Of a stretch of DNA of 64,000 nucleotides, positions 39,761-49,256 are shown piece by piece (position 1 is the first letter of the stretch; each line of letters begins with the position of its first letter). The notes under the pieces are model-generated. The model saw nothing but the letters and a program-made list of their open reading frames with translations, was not told where the DNA came from and did not search any database. The position numbers and the translations under genes are program-made. Source of the stretch: Candidatus Cloacimonadales bacterium (lineage in GTDB: Bacteria > Cloacimonadota > Cloacimonadia > Cloacimonadales > DAONDQ01); the NCBI GenBank assembly GCA_963662275.1, contig OY759316.1, positions 1,600,001-1,664,000 of the forward strand, in the 5' to 3' direction.

Positions 39761-41056
39761 ATGAAAAAATATTATATCGTTCTACTCATAATTATACTAC
39801 TTTTTTCCATGCTCTTAACAAGTTGTGGAAAAAAGAAAAGTGCTACTGAAGGGAAAACCCAAATCATATTCTGGCATGCTTTGGGAGGACCTTTAGGTGA
39901 TGCATTAACAACATTAGTTGCTGACTTTAATAAGACACATCCCGACATCGAAGTGAAACTCATTTCAGTAGGCAATTACCAGGCATTGAACCAGAAGCTG
40001 ATGGCTTCCATCCAAGCCAATCAACAACCGGATATCTCACAGGCATTTGAAACTTGGACAGCAAGTCTAATCCAAGGGAAAGTCATAATTCCCATGAGTG
40101 ACTTCATCCAAAAAGATCCGAAATTCCAAGATAAGACTCTTACTGATTTTTACCCTGTGTTCATTAAAAGTAACACTTTTGGCGACACTCTTTGGTCATT
40201 TCCATTTAATAAAAGTGTTCGCGTATTATTCTACAATAAGGATATGTTTGTTCAGAATGGACTTGATCCAACCCATGTACCTGCAGATTGGAATGAATTC
40301 CGTGCAGATTGTAAGAAATTAACGATCGACAAAAATAAAGATGGAAAGCCTGAATCATATGGTTCCAACTTCAATATCAGTGCTTGGCAGTTCGAAAACC
40401 TGCTTCTCCAGGCTGGTGGCGAGATGGTTACACCTGATAACCAGAAAGCAGCTTTTAACAGCAAGTACGGTATCGAAGCTCTTCAATTCATCAGTGACTT
40501 GCTGAACAAAGATAAAACGGTCTATCTTTCATCAGGTTTTGATGGGCAGAATGACTTCACGGCAAGTAAAGTCGGTATGTATGAAGGTTCTAGTGTATCC
40601 TTAGCCCACATGAAAGGTACTAAGATTAATTTTAACATGGGATTTGGACCAATTCCCATTAGTCGCACTCCCAAGAGCGTGATTAGCGGAACAAATGTCG
40701 TTATCTTTAAAAAAGATGCCAAACGTGAACAGGCTGCTTGGGAATTTGTAAAGTGGTTTACGGATACGGAACAGACAGCAAAATGGTCGACATTAACAAA
40801 TTATATGCCGTTGAGAAAGAGTGCTATGACGACAAAGACGATGAAAGATCTGATGGCATCTAATCCGCAATACGTAGGTGTTTATGCACAACTTGATAAT
40901 GCTCTTTCCGAACCGCAATCAGCAGCTTGGTTTGATACCAGGAAAGATTTAGAAGAAAACGTACTGGAAAAAGTAATTCGTCAGACAATCAGCCCCAAAA
41001 AGGCTCTTGATGGAGCAGCAGCACGTTTTAACGAAAATATGAAAAAAGAGAAATAG
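39761..41056 (+). CDS. ABC transporter substrate-binding lipoprotein (sugar/glycerol-phosphate, UgpB-like)
   Basis: Lipobox LLTSC; FWHAL..FNKTHPDIEV; SFPFNKSVRVLFYNKDMF; AAWEFVKW; AAGGAG before ATG39761. Confidence 0.87.
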   Translation: MKKYYIVLLIIILLFSMLLTSCGKKKSATEGKTQIIFWHALGGPLGDALTTLVADFNKTHPDIEVKLISVGNYQALNQKLMASIQANQQPDISQAFETWTASLIQGKVIIPMSDFIQKDPKFQDKTLTDFYPVFIKSNTFGDTLWSFPFNKSVRVLFYNKDMFVQNGLDPTHVPADWNEFRADCKKLTIDKNKDGKPESYGSNFNISAWQFENLLLQAGGEMVTPDNQKAAFNSKYGIEALQFISDLLNKDKTVYLSSGFDGQNDFTASKVGMYEGSSVSLAHMKGTKINFNMGFGPIPISRTPKSVISGTNVVIFKKDAKREQAAWEFVKWFTDTEQTAKWSTLTNYMPLRKSAMTTKTMKDLMASNPQYVGVYAQLDNALSEPQSAAWFDTRKDLEENVLEKVIRQTISPKKALDGAAARFNENMKKEK

Positions 41057-41081
41057 ACTTTTTTCACATATGAGGTAATGT

Positions 41082-42998
41082 ATGAGTATCAAAATAACAC
41101 TGCCGGATCAATCTATTCGTGAGTATGCCGGTCTAATCACTCCGAACCAGGTTGCCATGGATATTTCACCACGTCTGGCAGACAGTGCTATCGTCGCTGA
41201 AGTCAACGGTAAATTGGTTGATATGTCTTATTCCATACAATCTGATTCTTCCTTAAAAATCCATACTTTCTCTTCAGCAGAAGGGAAGGAAGTTTATTGG
41301 CATAGTACATCTCATTTAATGGCACAAGCTGTGAAGACTCTTTTCCCAAATGTAAAAGTCACGATAGGACCTTCTATTGAGAATGGCTTTTATTATGACT
41401 TTGACCGTGTTGAATCTTTTACAGATGAGGAACTGCTGAAAATCGAAGAGAAGATGCAGGAACTATCACGGGAAAATATACCGTATACCAGGAAAGAAAT
41501 ATGCCGTAATGAAGGTATTAAGCTTTTTCAAGACCTTGATGAACCTTATAAAGTTGAGATTTTGGAAGGCATCCCGGAAAATGAAACACTAACCATATAT
41601 ACCAACGGTAACTTCACTGATCTTTGTCGTGGACCTCATATTGAAAGCACAGGAAAAGTGAAGGCTTTCAAACTTCTGAAAACTTCCGGTGCCTATTGGC
41701 GTGGTGATGAAAGAAACAAGATGCTGAAGCGCATTTATGGTATTTCTTTCCCTACTTCCAAGGAATTGAAACAATACCTGAGTGATTTGGAGGAAGCGAA
41801 GAAACGCGATCATCGCAAATTAGGTAAAGAATTAGATCTCTTCTCTGTCGCTGATGAAATTGGCGGAGGTCTCATTCTTTGGCATCCCAACGGTTCACTC
41901 ATGCGTAACATTATTGAACAATACTGGAAGGAACGACATTGGGATTCGGGTTATCAGTTGGTAACGACCCCACATATCGGTAAGGCTGAATTATGGCAGA
42001 CCAGCGGACATCTTGGCTTCTACAAGGAAGGCATGTTTGCCCCCATCGAAGTCGAAGGTCAGGAATATTATCTGAAACCCATGAATTGTCCATTCCATAT
42101 CATGATTTATAAGAATTCAATGCATAGCTATCGTGAATTACCAATTCGGCTTGCAGAACTGGGTACGGTCTATCGTTATGAAAGATCCGGTACCTTGCAT
42201 GGACTGATGCGTGTACGTGGCTTCACCCAGGATGATGCTCATATCATATGCATGCCGGAACAGGTGAATGATGAAGTTGAAAGACTTCTCCTCTTCTCAA
42301 TGGAAATATTGAAGAAATTCGGATTCAAGGATTTCCAGATTTATCTATCAACAAAGCCGGAAGGCTCCGTAGGAGCTCCTGAAGATTGGACAATGGCGGA
42401 GAATGCACTCAGAAAAGCTCTGAATGCACAAGGTTTTGCCTTTGAAGTGGATGAAGGCGGTGGTGCATTCTATGGTCCGAAGATCGATATCAAGATCAAG
42501 GATGCTTTGAATCGTTCCTGGCAATGTACAACCATACAGTTTGACTTCAATCTTCCTGAACGGTTCAAGATGGAGTACATTGGCCCTGATAATCAACCGC
42601 ATCGCCCATATATGATTCATCGTGCCATATTCGGTTCAATGGAACGTTTCTTTGGTACATTGATCGAATTCCATGCCGGTAATTTTCCTGTATGGATGTG
42701 TCCTACCCAGGTGATGGTCATCCCTGTGGGAGAGAACTTCGAAGCCTATGCCAAAGAAGTACAGGCTCAATTGAAGAAACTAAAAATTAGGGCAGAGATC
42801 GATACTGCCAGTGAGAAAATCGGCTACAAGATACGTGACGCTGAAATGAAGAAGATTCCTTATATGCTCATTGTCGGGCAGAAAGAAATGGAATCTAACT
42901 CTGTTTCAGTGAGACGGCATACACATGGTGATATGGGCATGATCCCTGTTGCTGAAGCCATACAAAAGATCCAGGAAGAGATAGAGAGTTCATTATAA
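41082..42998 (+). CDS. thrS: Threonine--tRNA ligase
   Basis: TGS domain, HSTSHLMA, DLCRGPH, RDHRKLG, KPMNCP, RVRGFTQDDAH, FYGPKID, IHRA. Confidence 0.98.
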   Translation: MSIKITLPDQSIREYAGLITPNQVAMDISPRLADSAIVAEVNGKLVDMSYSIQSDSSLKIHTFSSAEGKEVYWHSTSHLMAQAVKTLFPNVKVTIGPSIENGFYYDFDRVESFTDEELLKIEEKMQELSRENIPYTRKEICRNEGIKLFQDLDEPYKVEILEGIPENETLTIYTNGNFTDLCRGPHIESTGKVKAFKLLKTSGAYWRGDERNKMLKRIYGISFPTSKELKQYLSDLEEAKKRDHRKLGKELDLFSVADEIGGGLILWHPNGSLMRNIIEQYWKERHWDSGYQLVTTPHIGKAELWQTSGHLGFYKEGMFAPIEVEGQEYYLKPMNCPFHIMIYKNSMHSYRELPIRLAELGTVYRYERSGTLHGLMRVRGFTQDDAHIICMPEQVNDEVERLLLFSMEILKKFGFKDFQIYLSTKPEGSVGAPEDWTMAENALRKALNAQGFAFEVDEGGGAFYGPKIDIKIKDALNRSWQCTTIQFDFNLPERFKMEYIGPDNQPHRPYMIHRAIFGSMERFFGTLIEFHAGNFPVWMCPTQVMVIPVGENFEAYAKEVQAQLKKLKIRAEIDTASEKIGYKIRDAEMKKIPYMLIVGQKEMESNSVSVRRHTHGDMGMIPVAEAIQKIQEEIESSL

Positions 42999-43967
42999 AT
43001 GAACGTAATTGATATTATCAAACACGAACTTAAGCTTGAAGCAGATGCGGTACTGAAAGCCTCAGACCGCATCGATGCTTCCATTGAAAAAGCTTTTAAC
43101 CTCATTTATGAATGCAAAGGCAAAGTCGTTGTTACAGGAATGGGGAAGACCGGTATCATTGCCAGGAAGATAGCTGCTACGCTTGCCAGTACAGGAACAC
43201 TTTCTATTTTTCTTCATGCTGCTGAAGGTATTCACGGTGATATCGGTATGCTTGAAAAAGGCGATGTTGTCATTGCAATTTCCAATAGTGGGAATACAAA
43301 TGAAGTGATCAGCTTGCTTCCGTATTTCAAATTTATGCAAATCCCAGTTATAGCATTTACGGGTAATCTGCAATCAGAATTAGCTTTGCATTCGGATATT
43401 GTGATTGATTGCTCTGTTCCACTTGATTATGAACCTTTTGGTTTAGTGCCGACAGCAAGTACCACAGTGGCTTTGGCAATTGGTGATGCACTTGCGATTG
43501 CGGTTATGAGAAAAAAGAACTTCCAGCAAAGTGATTTCGCCCGTTTCCATCCCGGTGGCACAATTGGTCGGAAAATGCTTCTTCGCATTGATGATGTCAT
43601 GCATAAAGATGACGAAATTCCCCTTGTTCGACAGGATCAGTCCATGTCCGAAGCAATTGTAGTTATGACAGGCAAGCGTCTGGGCTGCACCTGTGTCATT
43701 GATGGAGCAGGAAAACTGACCGGTTTTCTTACAGATGGAGATCTTCGTCGACTCTTGCAGAAAGAAAGTCTTAATCCATTAGATATTCCGATTGAAAAAG
43801 CAATGACTATCAATCCCAAATCCATGAAACCTTCTGAACTTGCGGTTGATGCCCTGAATTTGATGGAAAATTTCAATATTACCATGTTGCCGATAGTCGA
43901 TGATAACAATGACCCTGTTGGGGTTCTTCATATGCATGATCTCATTAAGGCTGGCGTTGTCGGTTAA
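42999..43967 (+). CDS. kdsD: Arabinose-5-phosphate isomerase (KpsF/GutQ, SIS + 2 CBS)
   Basis: TGMGKTG, LASTGT, AEGIHGD, PTASTT, DFARFHPGG and TDGDLRR motifs. Confidence 0.9.
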   Translation: MNVIDIIKHELKLEADAVLKASDRIDASIEKAFNLIYECKGKVVVTGMGKTGIIARKIAATLASTGTLSIFLHAAEGIHGDIGMLEKGDVVIAISNSGNTNEVISLLPYFKFMQIPVIAFTGNLQSELALHSDIVIDCSVPLDYEPFGLVPTASTTVALAIGDALAIAVMRKKNFQQSDFARFHPGGTIGRKMLLRIDDVMHKDDEIPLVRQDQSMSEAIVVMTGKRLGCTCVIDGAGKLTGFLTDGDLRRLLQKESLNPLDIPIEKAMTINPKSMKPSELAVDALNLMENFNITMLPIVDDNNDPVGVLHMHDLIKAGVVG

Positions 43968-43971
43968 TGTT

Positions 43972-44685
43972 ATGAAGAAGGTGTCTGGTCTCGGGTGTCA
44001 GGTAACAGGTTCAGAGCAGATGGATCCTCGCCTTCGCAAGGATGAAAGGTCTCAGTATTCTTGTTCCAACAAATTATCTTCTCCTTTTGAAATCTTCCGT
44101 CAATTATTAGAGAATTACGGTGAACAGCACTGGTGGCCTGGAATTACTACTGATGAAATCATTATTGGCGCAGTTCTTACCCAAAATACTAATTGGTCTA
44201 ATGTAGAGAAAGCCATCCAGAACCTCAAACAAGCAGATTCCTGCACTTTGGATAGTTGTGCCACTTTGGATATCCAAACATTGGAAGAACTCATCAAACC
44301 CAGCGGATTCTTTCGTATAAAAGCAATTAGACTGCAAGAAGCTTCGAAAGAAATAATCGGCTTAAGAAAGCAATTTCTTTCTTTACCGGAATTCAGGAAA
44401 GCACTTTTAGCTATCAATGGGATTGGCTCTGAAACTGCCGATTCAATTCTTCTTTATGCTTTTGAGTTACCCATTTTTGTAATCGATGCATACACAAAAA
44501 GAGTATTCTCTCGTATGAGCAAGGTAAGTGATAAGGCTACTTACCGTGAAATGCAGGAGTACTTTCAATTTTCCTTACCTAAAGATACATATTTATACAA
44601 TGAATTTCATGCATTGATTGTAAAACATGCTAAAGAAGTATGTAAGAAGAAACCTGATTGCGATAAATGCCTTTGGTGTTCGTAG
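43972..44685 (+). CDS. Endonuclease III-related HhH-GPD DNA glycosylase
   Basis: YG.QHWWP, GAVLTQNTNW, IKPSGFFR.KA, GIGSETADSILLYA, IDAYTKR, FHALIV, C-terminal Cys cluster. Start uncertain (43972 or 44020). Confidence 0.85.
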   Translation: MKKVSGLGCQVTGSEQMDPRLRKDERSQYSCSNKLSSPFEIFRQLLENYGEQHWWPGITTDEIIIGAVLTQNTNWSNVEKAIQNLKQADSCTLDSCATLDIQTLEELIKPSGFFRIKAIRLQEASKEIIGLRKQFLSLPEFRKALLAINGIGSETADSILLYAFELPIFVIDAYTKRVFSRMSKVSDKATYREMQEYFQFSLPKDTYLYNEFHALIVKHAKEVCKKKPDCDKCLWCS

Positions 44686-44687
44686 CA

Positions 44688-44836
44688 TAGAGTGGCACTC
44701 TGTTGTATGAGGAGATTGGTAATCTCCGATGTAAAATGAATTCGACAATACCATTATCGAAAACAACAAATTACCAATTTATGTTACAGTTTGTAGAATG
44801 GTATTCTGTTGTATGAGGGGATTGGTAATCCCCGAT
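44688..44836. repeat. Two 43-bp direct copies of a palindromic REP-like unit with an inverted degenerate partner between them
   Basis: CTGTTGTATGAGGAGATTGGTAATCTCCGAT vs CTGTTGTATGAGGGGATTGGTAATCCCCGAT, 106 bp apart; AAATTACCAATTT between them. Confidence 0.8.
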
Positions 44837-44877
44837 TTTCTTCATTTATTCTCTTTCAATCACTATCGAGGTATCTT

Positions 44878-45315
44878 ATGAAACTTGTCATACAACGTGT
44901 TACACAAGCATCCGTTACTGTAGAAAACAGAATAGTAGGTTCCATAAATACAGGTCTGCTTGTCTTTCTCGGTATTGGAAAAAACGATACAGGCGAAGAA
45001 ATCCCCTGGCTTGCCAAAAAACTGATAGATCTACGTATCTTTAATGACTCCCAGGGGAAGATGAATCTGTCTTTGGAGGATGTCAAAGGTAGGATACTCC
45101 TCATTTCCCAATTCACTCTATATGCAAACTGCCTGCGTGGAAAGCGTCCTGATTTCATAGAAGCTGCTCCGCCAGAAAAGGGGGAGGAGCTTTACATTCG
45201 TTTTGCAGAAGCTTTAAAGCAATTGGGGCATGTTCCTGAAATGGGATTATTCGGTGCCGATATGAAGATTAGTCTTCTGAATGATGGACCGGTAACGATT
45301 ATATTGGAGAAGTAG
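44878..45315 (+). CDS. dtd: D-aminoacyl-tRNA deacylase
   Basis: MKLVIQRV, SQFTL, G.RPDF, FGADM and NDGPVT motifs; GAGG before ATG44878. Confidence 0.95.
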   Translation: MKLVIQRVTQASVTVENRIVGSINTGLLVFLGIGKNDTGEEIPWLAKKLIDLRIFNDSQGKMNLSLEDVKGRILLISQFTLYANCLRGKRPDFIEAAPPEKGEELYIRFAEALKQLGHVPEMGLFGADMKISLLNDGPVTIILEK

Positions 45316-45346
45316 GGATAAACCCATGTGTTTATCCTCTGCAACA

Positions 45347-45913
45347 CTATTCCGGTGCTGGCACCTGTTCAACAGGTTGTGCTATTCCGGAACCGGTACT
45401 GATTGATAGATAAACACTGCTACCCGGTGCTAAGCCTGAACCTGGTGTAGGCCACACTTTCAAAATGTGATCTGCTTCCACTTGATCAGATTGCAGTGAA
45501 TCCTTCACAATAGGTTTCAAACCTGCATTCTTGATTCGGGAAAAAGCCTGGGTTACAGCTAATCCTTCGACATTGGGAACAACTGAAAGATCTCCACCTT
45601 TACTGATTACTACTTGGATTGTTCCATCTGCCTTGATCCTTGTACCTGGAGAGGGTATCTGGGAGATGATTGTACCTTTCGCAAACTGATCACTACTGAC
45701 ATAGGATGCTTCCGAGATATGCAACTGGTTATCCGCACTTTCAGTATTTGCAGCTTTTAATTCCAGTCCAATCAAGTTTGGCACGGTTACCTGTTTCCCT
45801 TTACCAAAAACGAGGGGCATAAAAATCTGGCTAACTACTATTGCCGTGATAAGCATTATTGCGATCATAATCCCTATAGCATAAAGGACTGATTTGATTC
45901 TGTCCCAATTCAT
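45347..45913 (-). CDS. Membrane-anchored PASTA-domain protein
   Basis: N-terminal TM segment; two PASTA repeats (VPNLIG...IISQIPSPG; VPNVEG...WPTPG). Confidence 0.87.
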   Translation of the reverse strand: MNWDRIKSVLYAIGIMIAIMLITAIVVSQIFMPLVFGKGKQVTVPNLIGLELKAANTESADNQLHISEASYVSSDQFAKGTIISQIPSPGTRIKADGTIQVVISKGGDLSVVPNVEGLAVTQAFSRIKNAGLKPIVKDSLQSDQVEADHILKVWPTPGSGLAPGSSVYLSISTGSGIAQPVEQVPAPE

Positions 45914-45942
45914 ATTTACTCCCGATATCAGAGATATATCAA

Positions 45943-47271
45943 TTATTTGGTATCTTTGGATTTCTTTTTCATTTTTGCGGCAAAAGCGCCATCCATATTA
46001 TGGGTATTAGGTGAAGTACGCATCATTCCATCCTTTGTATAAGCTGATGGAATAAAGTCGCTTGCGGACACTAATGTGAACTGTTGGTTTAATTTTAGGA
46101 AACGCTTGATCTGCTCTTCATTCTCCTGTGGATTCATTGTGCATGTTGAATATACAAGATATCCGCCGGGTTTAACGAAATTTGCTCCAAGATTTAAAGC
46201 ACTCAATTGGATTTTCAGCAATTCATCAATATTCTGATGAAACTGCCAGCGGAGATCAGGCTTTCTACCAAGTACACCCCAACCGGAACAAGGCACATCT
46301 AACAACACTCTATCGAAAGCAGGTGCAACAGGACCATAATGAAAAGCATCTTCAGTAATTAAATTCATATTGTCAATTTGTAATCTTTCCATCGCCTGTT
46401 TGACCAGTTTCATTTTATTTGGAATTTTATCAACTGCAATGACTTCCCCAGTATTTTTCATTCTTTCTGCAATATATGTTGCTTTACCACCGGGAGCAGC
46501 AAAGAGATCGAGAACGGATTCATTCTCCTTCGGGTCAAGCAATTCTACAACAAGAGCTGCGGAAGTATCCTGGACAGTGAAGTATCCTTCAGAGAAAGCT
46601 ACATCCTGGAGTACTTGTGGTATTTGTGATGTAATCAGAACATTCGCAGAAGCAGGTGATTCTGTAAGGTACACATCTCTTTTCCTGAAATATTCAAGCA
46701 GTTTTTTCTTATTCGTTGCAAGGTTATTTACTCTAATATGCAATTTAGAAGGTTCATTGAAATAGAGGCAGAGATATTCAGTATCATCAGCTCCCCATAA
46801 TAAAAGCCACTGTTTAATCAATTCCAAAGGATAGGAATACTGAGCAGACATATGTTCTGCGAGGTCTTGAGGGTATGAGAAATCAGGATTCCTGAGATAG
46901 GCTCTTAAAACAGCATTGATAAAATCACCTGACTTATCGCCATATAGTTTTTTTGCAATTTCAACGGTTTCATTTACGGCTGCATGTTCAGGAACTGAAT
47001 CAAGATGAATAAGCTGATACAAACCGAGATACAGTAATGCTTTTATCTTTAAATCAGTTTTACCGAATTTATCTGGTTCCGTGTATTGTCGACAGATATA
47101 ATCTAAGTTGCCCTGCATCTTCACAATACCTTTCACCAATCGATAGAGCAGTTCTATGCTTTCATTTGAATCAGAAGCTTTTTTAGAAGCTTGCTGAAGC
47201 AAGGCATCTGCATAATCATTGTTTTTTAGAACTTTAACAACAATCTGATATGCTTCCTGGCGAATATTCAT
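45943..47271 (-). CDS. rsmB: 16S rRNA m5C967 methyltransferase
   Basis: NusB-like N-terminus (AAVNETVE, FINAVLR), VQD, APGGK, DVPCSG, YSTCT, DGAFAA. Confidence 0.92.
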   Translation of the reverse strand: MNIRQEAYQIVVKVLKNNDYADALLQQASKKASDSNESIELLYRLVKGIVKMQGNLDYICRQYTEPDKFGKTDLKIKALLYLGLYQLIHLDSVPEHAAVNETVEIAKKLYGDKSGDFINAVLRAYLRNPDFSYPQDLAEHMSAQYSYPLELIKQWLLLWGADDTEYLCLYFNEPSKLHIRVNNLATNKKKLLEYFRKRDVYLTESPASANVLITSQIPQVLQDVAFSEGYFTVQDTSAALVVELLDPKENESVLDLFAAPGGKATYIAERMKNTGEVIAVDKIPNKMKLVKQAMERLQIDNMNLITEDAFHYGPVAPAFDRVLLDVPCSGWGVLGRKPDLRWQFHQNIDELLKIQLSALNLGANFVKPGGYLVYSTCTMNPQENEEQIKRFLKLNQQFTLVSASDFIPSAYTKDGMMRTSPNTHNMDGAFAAKMKKKSKDTK

Positions 47272-47870
47272 CAGCTATTACGTTTCCTGTATAGATATTG
47301 AATTGTGCGTTTGATAATTTCTTCCAGACTCAGGTCTTCTGCTTTCAAATCCCTAAATACTAAGCGAATCTCAGGTAATTTATATCCAAGTGACATCAAG
47401 GCATTTTCTGCTTCCAGAAGAACATCCTGTTTCTGTCCAGGGATACTTTCCAATGTGATCTGGGGGACATTCGAAATCTTGTCTTTAAGTTCAATGATCA
47501 ACCTTTGGGCAGACTTCTTACCCAAACCCGGTATTGTTGCCAGGATTCGATCATCATCATGGAGAATTGCTTGCACGACGTTTTGAACAGACATTGCAGA
47601 CAGAATGGAAAGAGCTATCTTAGGTCCAATGCGTGATATCGAAATCAATTGTCGGAAAAGCAAACGTTCGGGTTCTGTAGCAAAACCAAATAATCGGATA
47701 TCGTCATCGGTTACATGATAATGGATTAGTAATTTGACATTATGATCAATAGCGGGAAGATTCTCAAAAGTACTGATGGGTATTCGAATATCGTAGCCGA
47801 CACCTGTGCAATCGATAATACATGAAAAAGGTGACTTTTCCTTTAATAATCCGCTGATATAAGCAAACAT
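47271..47870 (-). CDS. ruvA: Holliday junction branch migration protein
   Basis: GVGY, LFGF, IGPKIALSIL, IPGLGKKSAQRLIIELK, AL.SLGY. Confidence 0.95.
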   Translation of the reverse strand: MFAYISGLLKEKSPFSCIIDCTGVGYDIRIPISTFENLPAIDHNVKLLIHYHVTDDDIRLFGFATEPERLLFRQLISISRIGPKIALSILSAMSVQNVVQAILHDDDRILATIPGLGKKSAQRLIIELKDKISNVPQITLESIPGQKQDVLLEAENALMSLGYKLPEIRLVFRDLKAEDLSLEEIIKRTIQYLYRKRNS

Positions 47871-47871
47871 A

Positions 47872-48351
47872 TTAAATTCCTAGTTTAAAACGCTGATAAT
47901 GACATAGGGCAATTGCCAATGCATCAGCAGAATCTTCATTTGGGGGAGGCGTCTTCAGTTTCAGTATCTGCTGGACCATGTATCGAATTTGTTTTTTTGA
48001 AGCGTTACCATTGCCGACTACAGATTTTTTGACTTCACGTGGGCTGTACTCAGCAAAAGCAATATCCTTCTCTGCGATCGCTAATAAAATAACACCGCGA
48101 GCATGTCCTAGGGTAAACGCTGATTGGATGTTCTTACCATAAAAGATAGATTCCACAGCTACCACTTCCGGTTTATATGTATCCAGGACTTGAATGACTT
48201 CTTGATACAGAATCTTTAAACGTTCAGAAAGAGCTAATTTCTCATTAATGCGGATTACATCACACCCGGCTGCTACGATTGTTCGCTTTTCCAGTTGTAA
48301 TATGCCATATCCACAAAAACGACTTCCCGGATCGATACCTAAGATGATCAC
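47872..48351 (-). CDS. ruvC: Crossover junction endodeoxyribonuclease
   Basis: ILGIDPG, AVE.IF, LGHARG, VVGNGNASK and D.ADALAIALCH motifs. Confidence 0.95.
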   Translation of the reverse strand: MIILGIDPGSRFCGYGILQLEKRTIVAAGCDVIRINEKLALSERLKILYQEVIQVLDTYKPEVVAVESIFYGKNIQSAFTLGHARGVILLAIAEKDIAFAEYSPREVKKSVVGNGNASKKQIRYMVQQILKLKTPPPNEDSADALAIALCHYQRFKLGI

Positions 48352-48366
48352 AGGTTTTTGCTTCTT

Positions 48367-49116
48367 CTATTCCTGGTTTATACGTTCCATGACTTCATCG
48401 GATATTTCATAATTGGCATATACCTTCATGACATCATCAAGGTCTTCCAATTTCTCAATTAGATTTAACAGTTTTTCTGCCACTGCATTTGCATCTATCG
48501 TAGTCTTGGGTATTTTTGTCAGTTCTGCTTCTTCTGTTGGATAGCCTGCAAGCTCCATCTTATGGAGAACAACATGAAAATCTGTTGGAGCAGTATATAC
48601 TTCATAATAATCATCGATAAGCTCAATGTCTTGAGCACCTGCATCAAGAGCAGCCATCATGACTTCTTCTTCATCCAAGCCTGCTGCGGGAATCATGAAG
48701 AAACCCTTTTGTTCGAAATTCCAAGACACTGCACCACTTTCTCCCATGTTACCGCCGTATTTGGAAAAAGCATGTCGTAATTCAGCGACAGTACGATTTT
48801 TATTATCAGTCATGACATCAACTACGATGCCAACACCATTCTGTCCATATCCTTCATAAGTTGCTTCTTCATAAGCCACACCTTCAATTTCACCGGTACC
48901 GCGCTTGATGGCACGTTCAATGTTTTCCCTGGGCATATTGTTTTGTTTGGCAGTACCAATTGCAGTTCTCAGTCGTGGATTCATATTGAGATCACCACCA
49001 CCGTCACGAGCAGCTAGAATAATTTCTTTCACGATACGAGTGAAGATTCTACCTCTTTTGGCATCAGCAGCACCCTTTTTGTGTTTGATCGAGCTCCATT
49101 TATTATGTCCTGACAT
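48367..49116 (-). CDS. yebC: YebC/PmpR family protein
   Basis: MSGHNKWSSIKHKKG, NPRLR, YEGYG, TDNKNRT and LEDLDDV motifs. Confidence 0.95.
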   Translation of the reverse strand: MSGHNKWSSIKHKKGAADAKRGRIFTRIVKEIILAARDGGGDLNMNPRLRTAIGTAKQNNMPRENIERAIKRGTGEIEGVAYEEATYEGYGQNGVGIVVDVMTDNKNRTVAELRHAFSKYGGNMGESGAVSWNFEQKGFFMIPAAGLDEEEVMMAALDAGAQDIELIDDYYEVYTAPTDFHVVLHKMELAGYPTEEAELTKIPKTTIDANAVAEKLLNLIEKLEDLDDVMKVYANYEISDEVMERINQE

Positions 49117-49217
49117 ACATAACCTCGCTTATTATATAATTTATTCTGAGGATTGTTTAATTCAAAGCCATTTCAAAGGCAAGAAAAAAAATAAATGTAA
49201 TGAATTCTGGTGTAAAT

Positions 49218-49246
49218 AAAAAAAGGGAGGTGATTTTCCACCTCCC
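49218..49246 (-). terminator. Intrinsic terminator of the EF-G-like gene
   Basis: Minus strand GGGAGGTG-gaaaat-CACCTCCC followed by T7. Confidence 0.85.
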
Positions 49247-49256
49247 AATAGATTCT

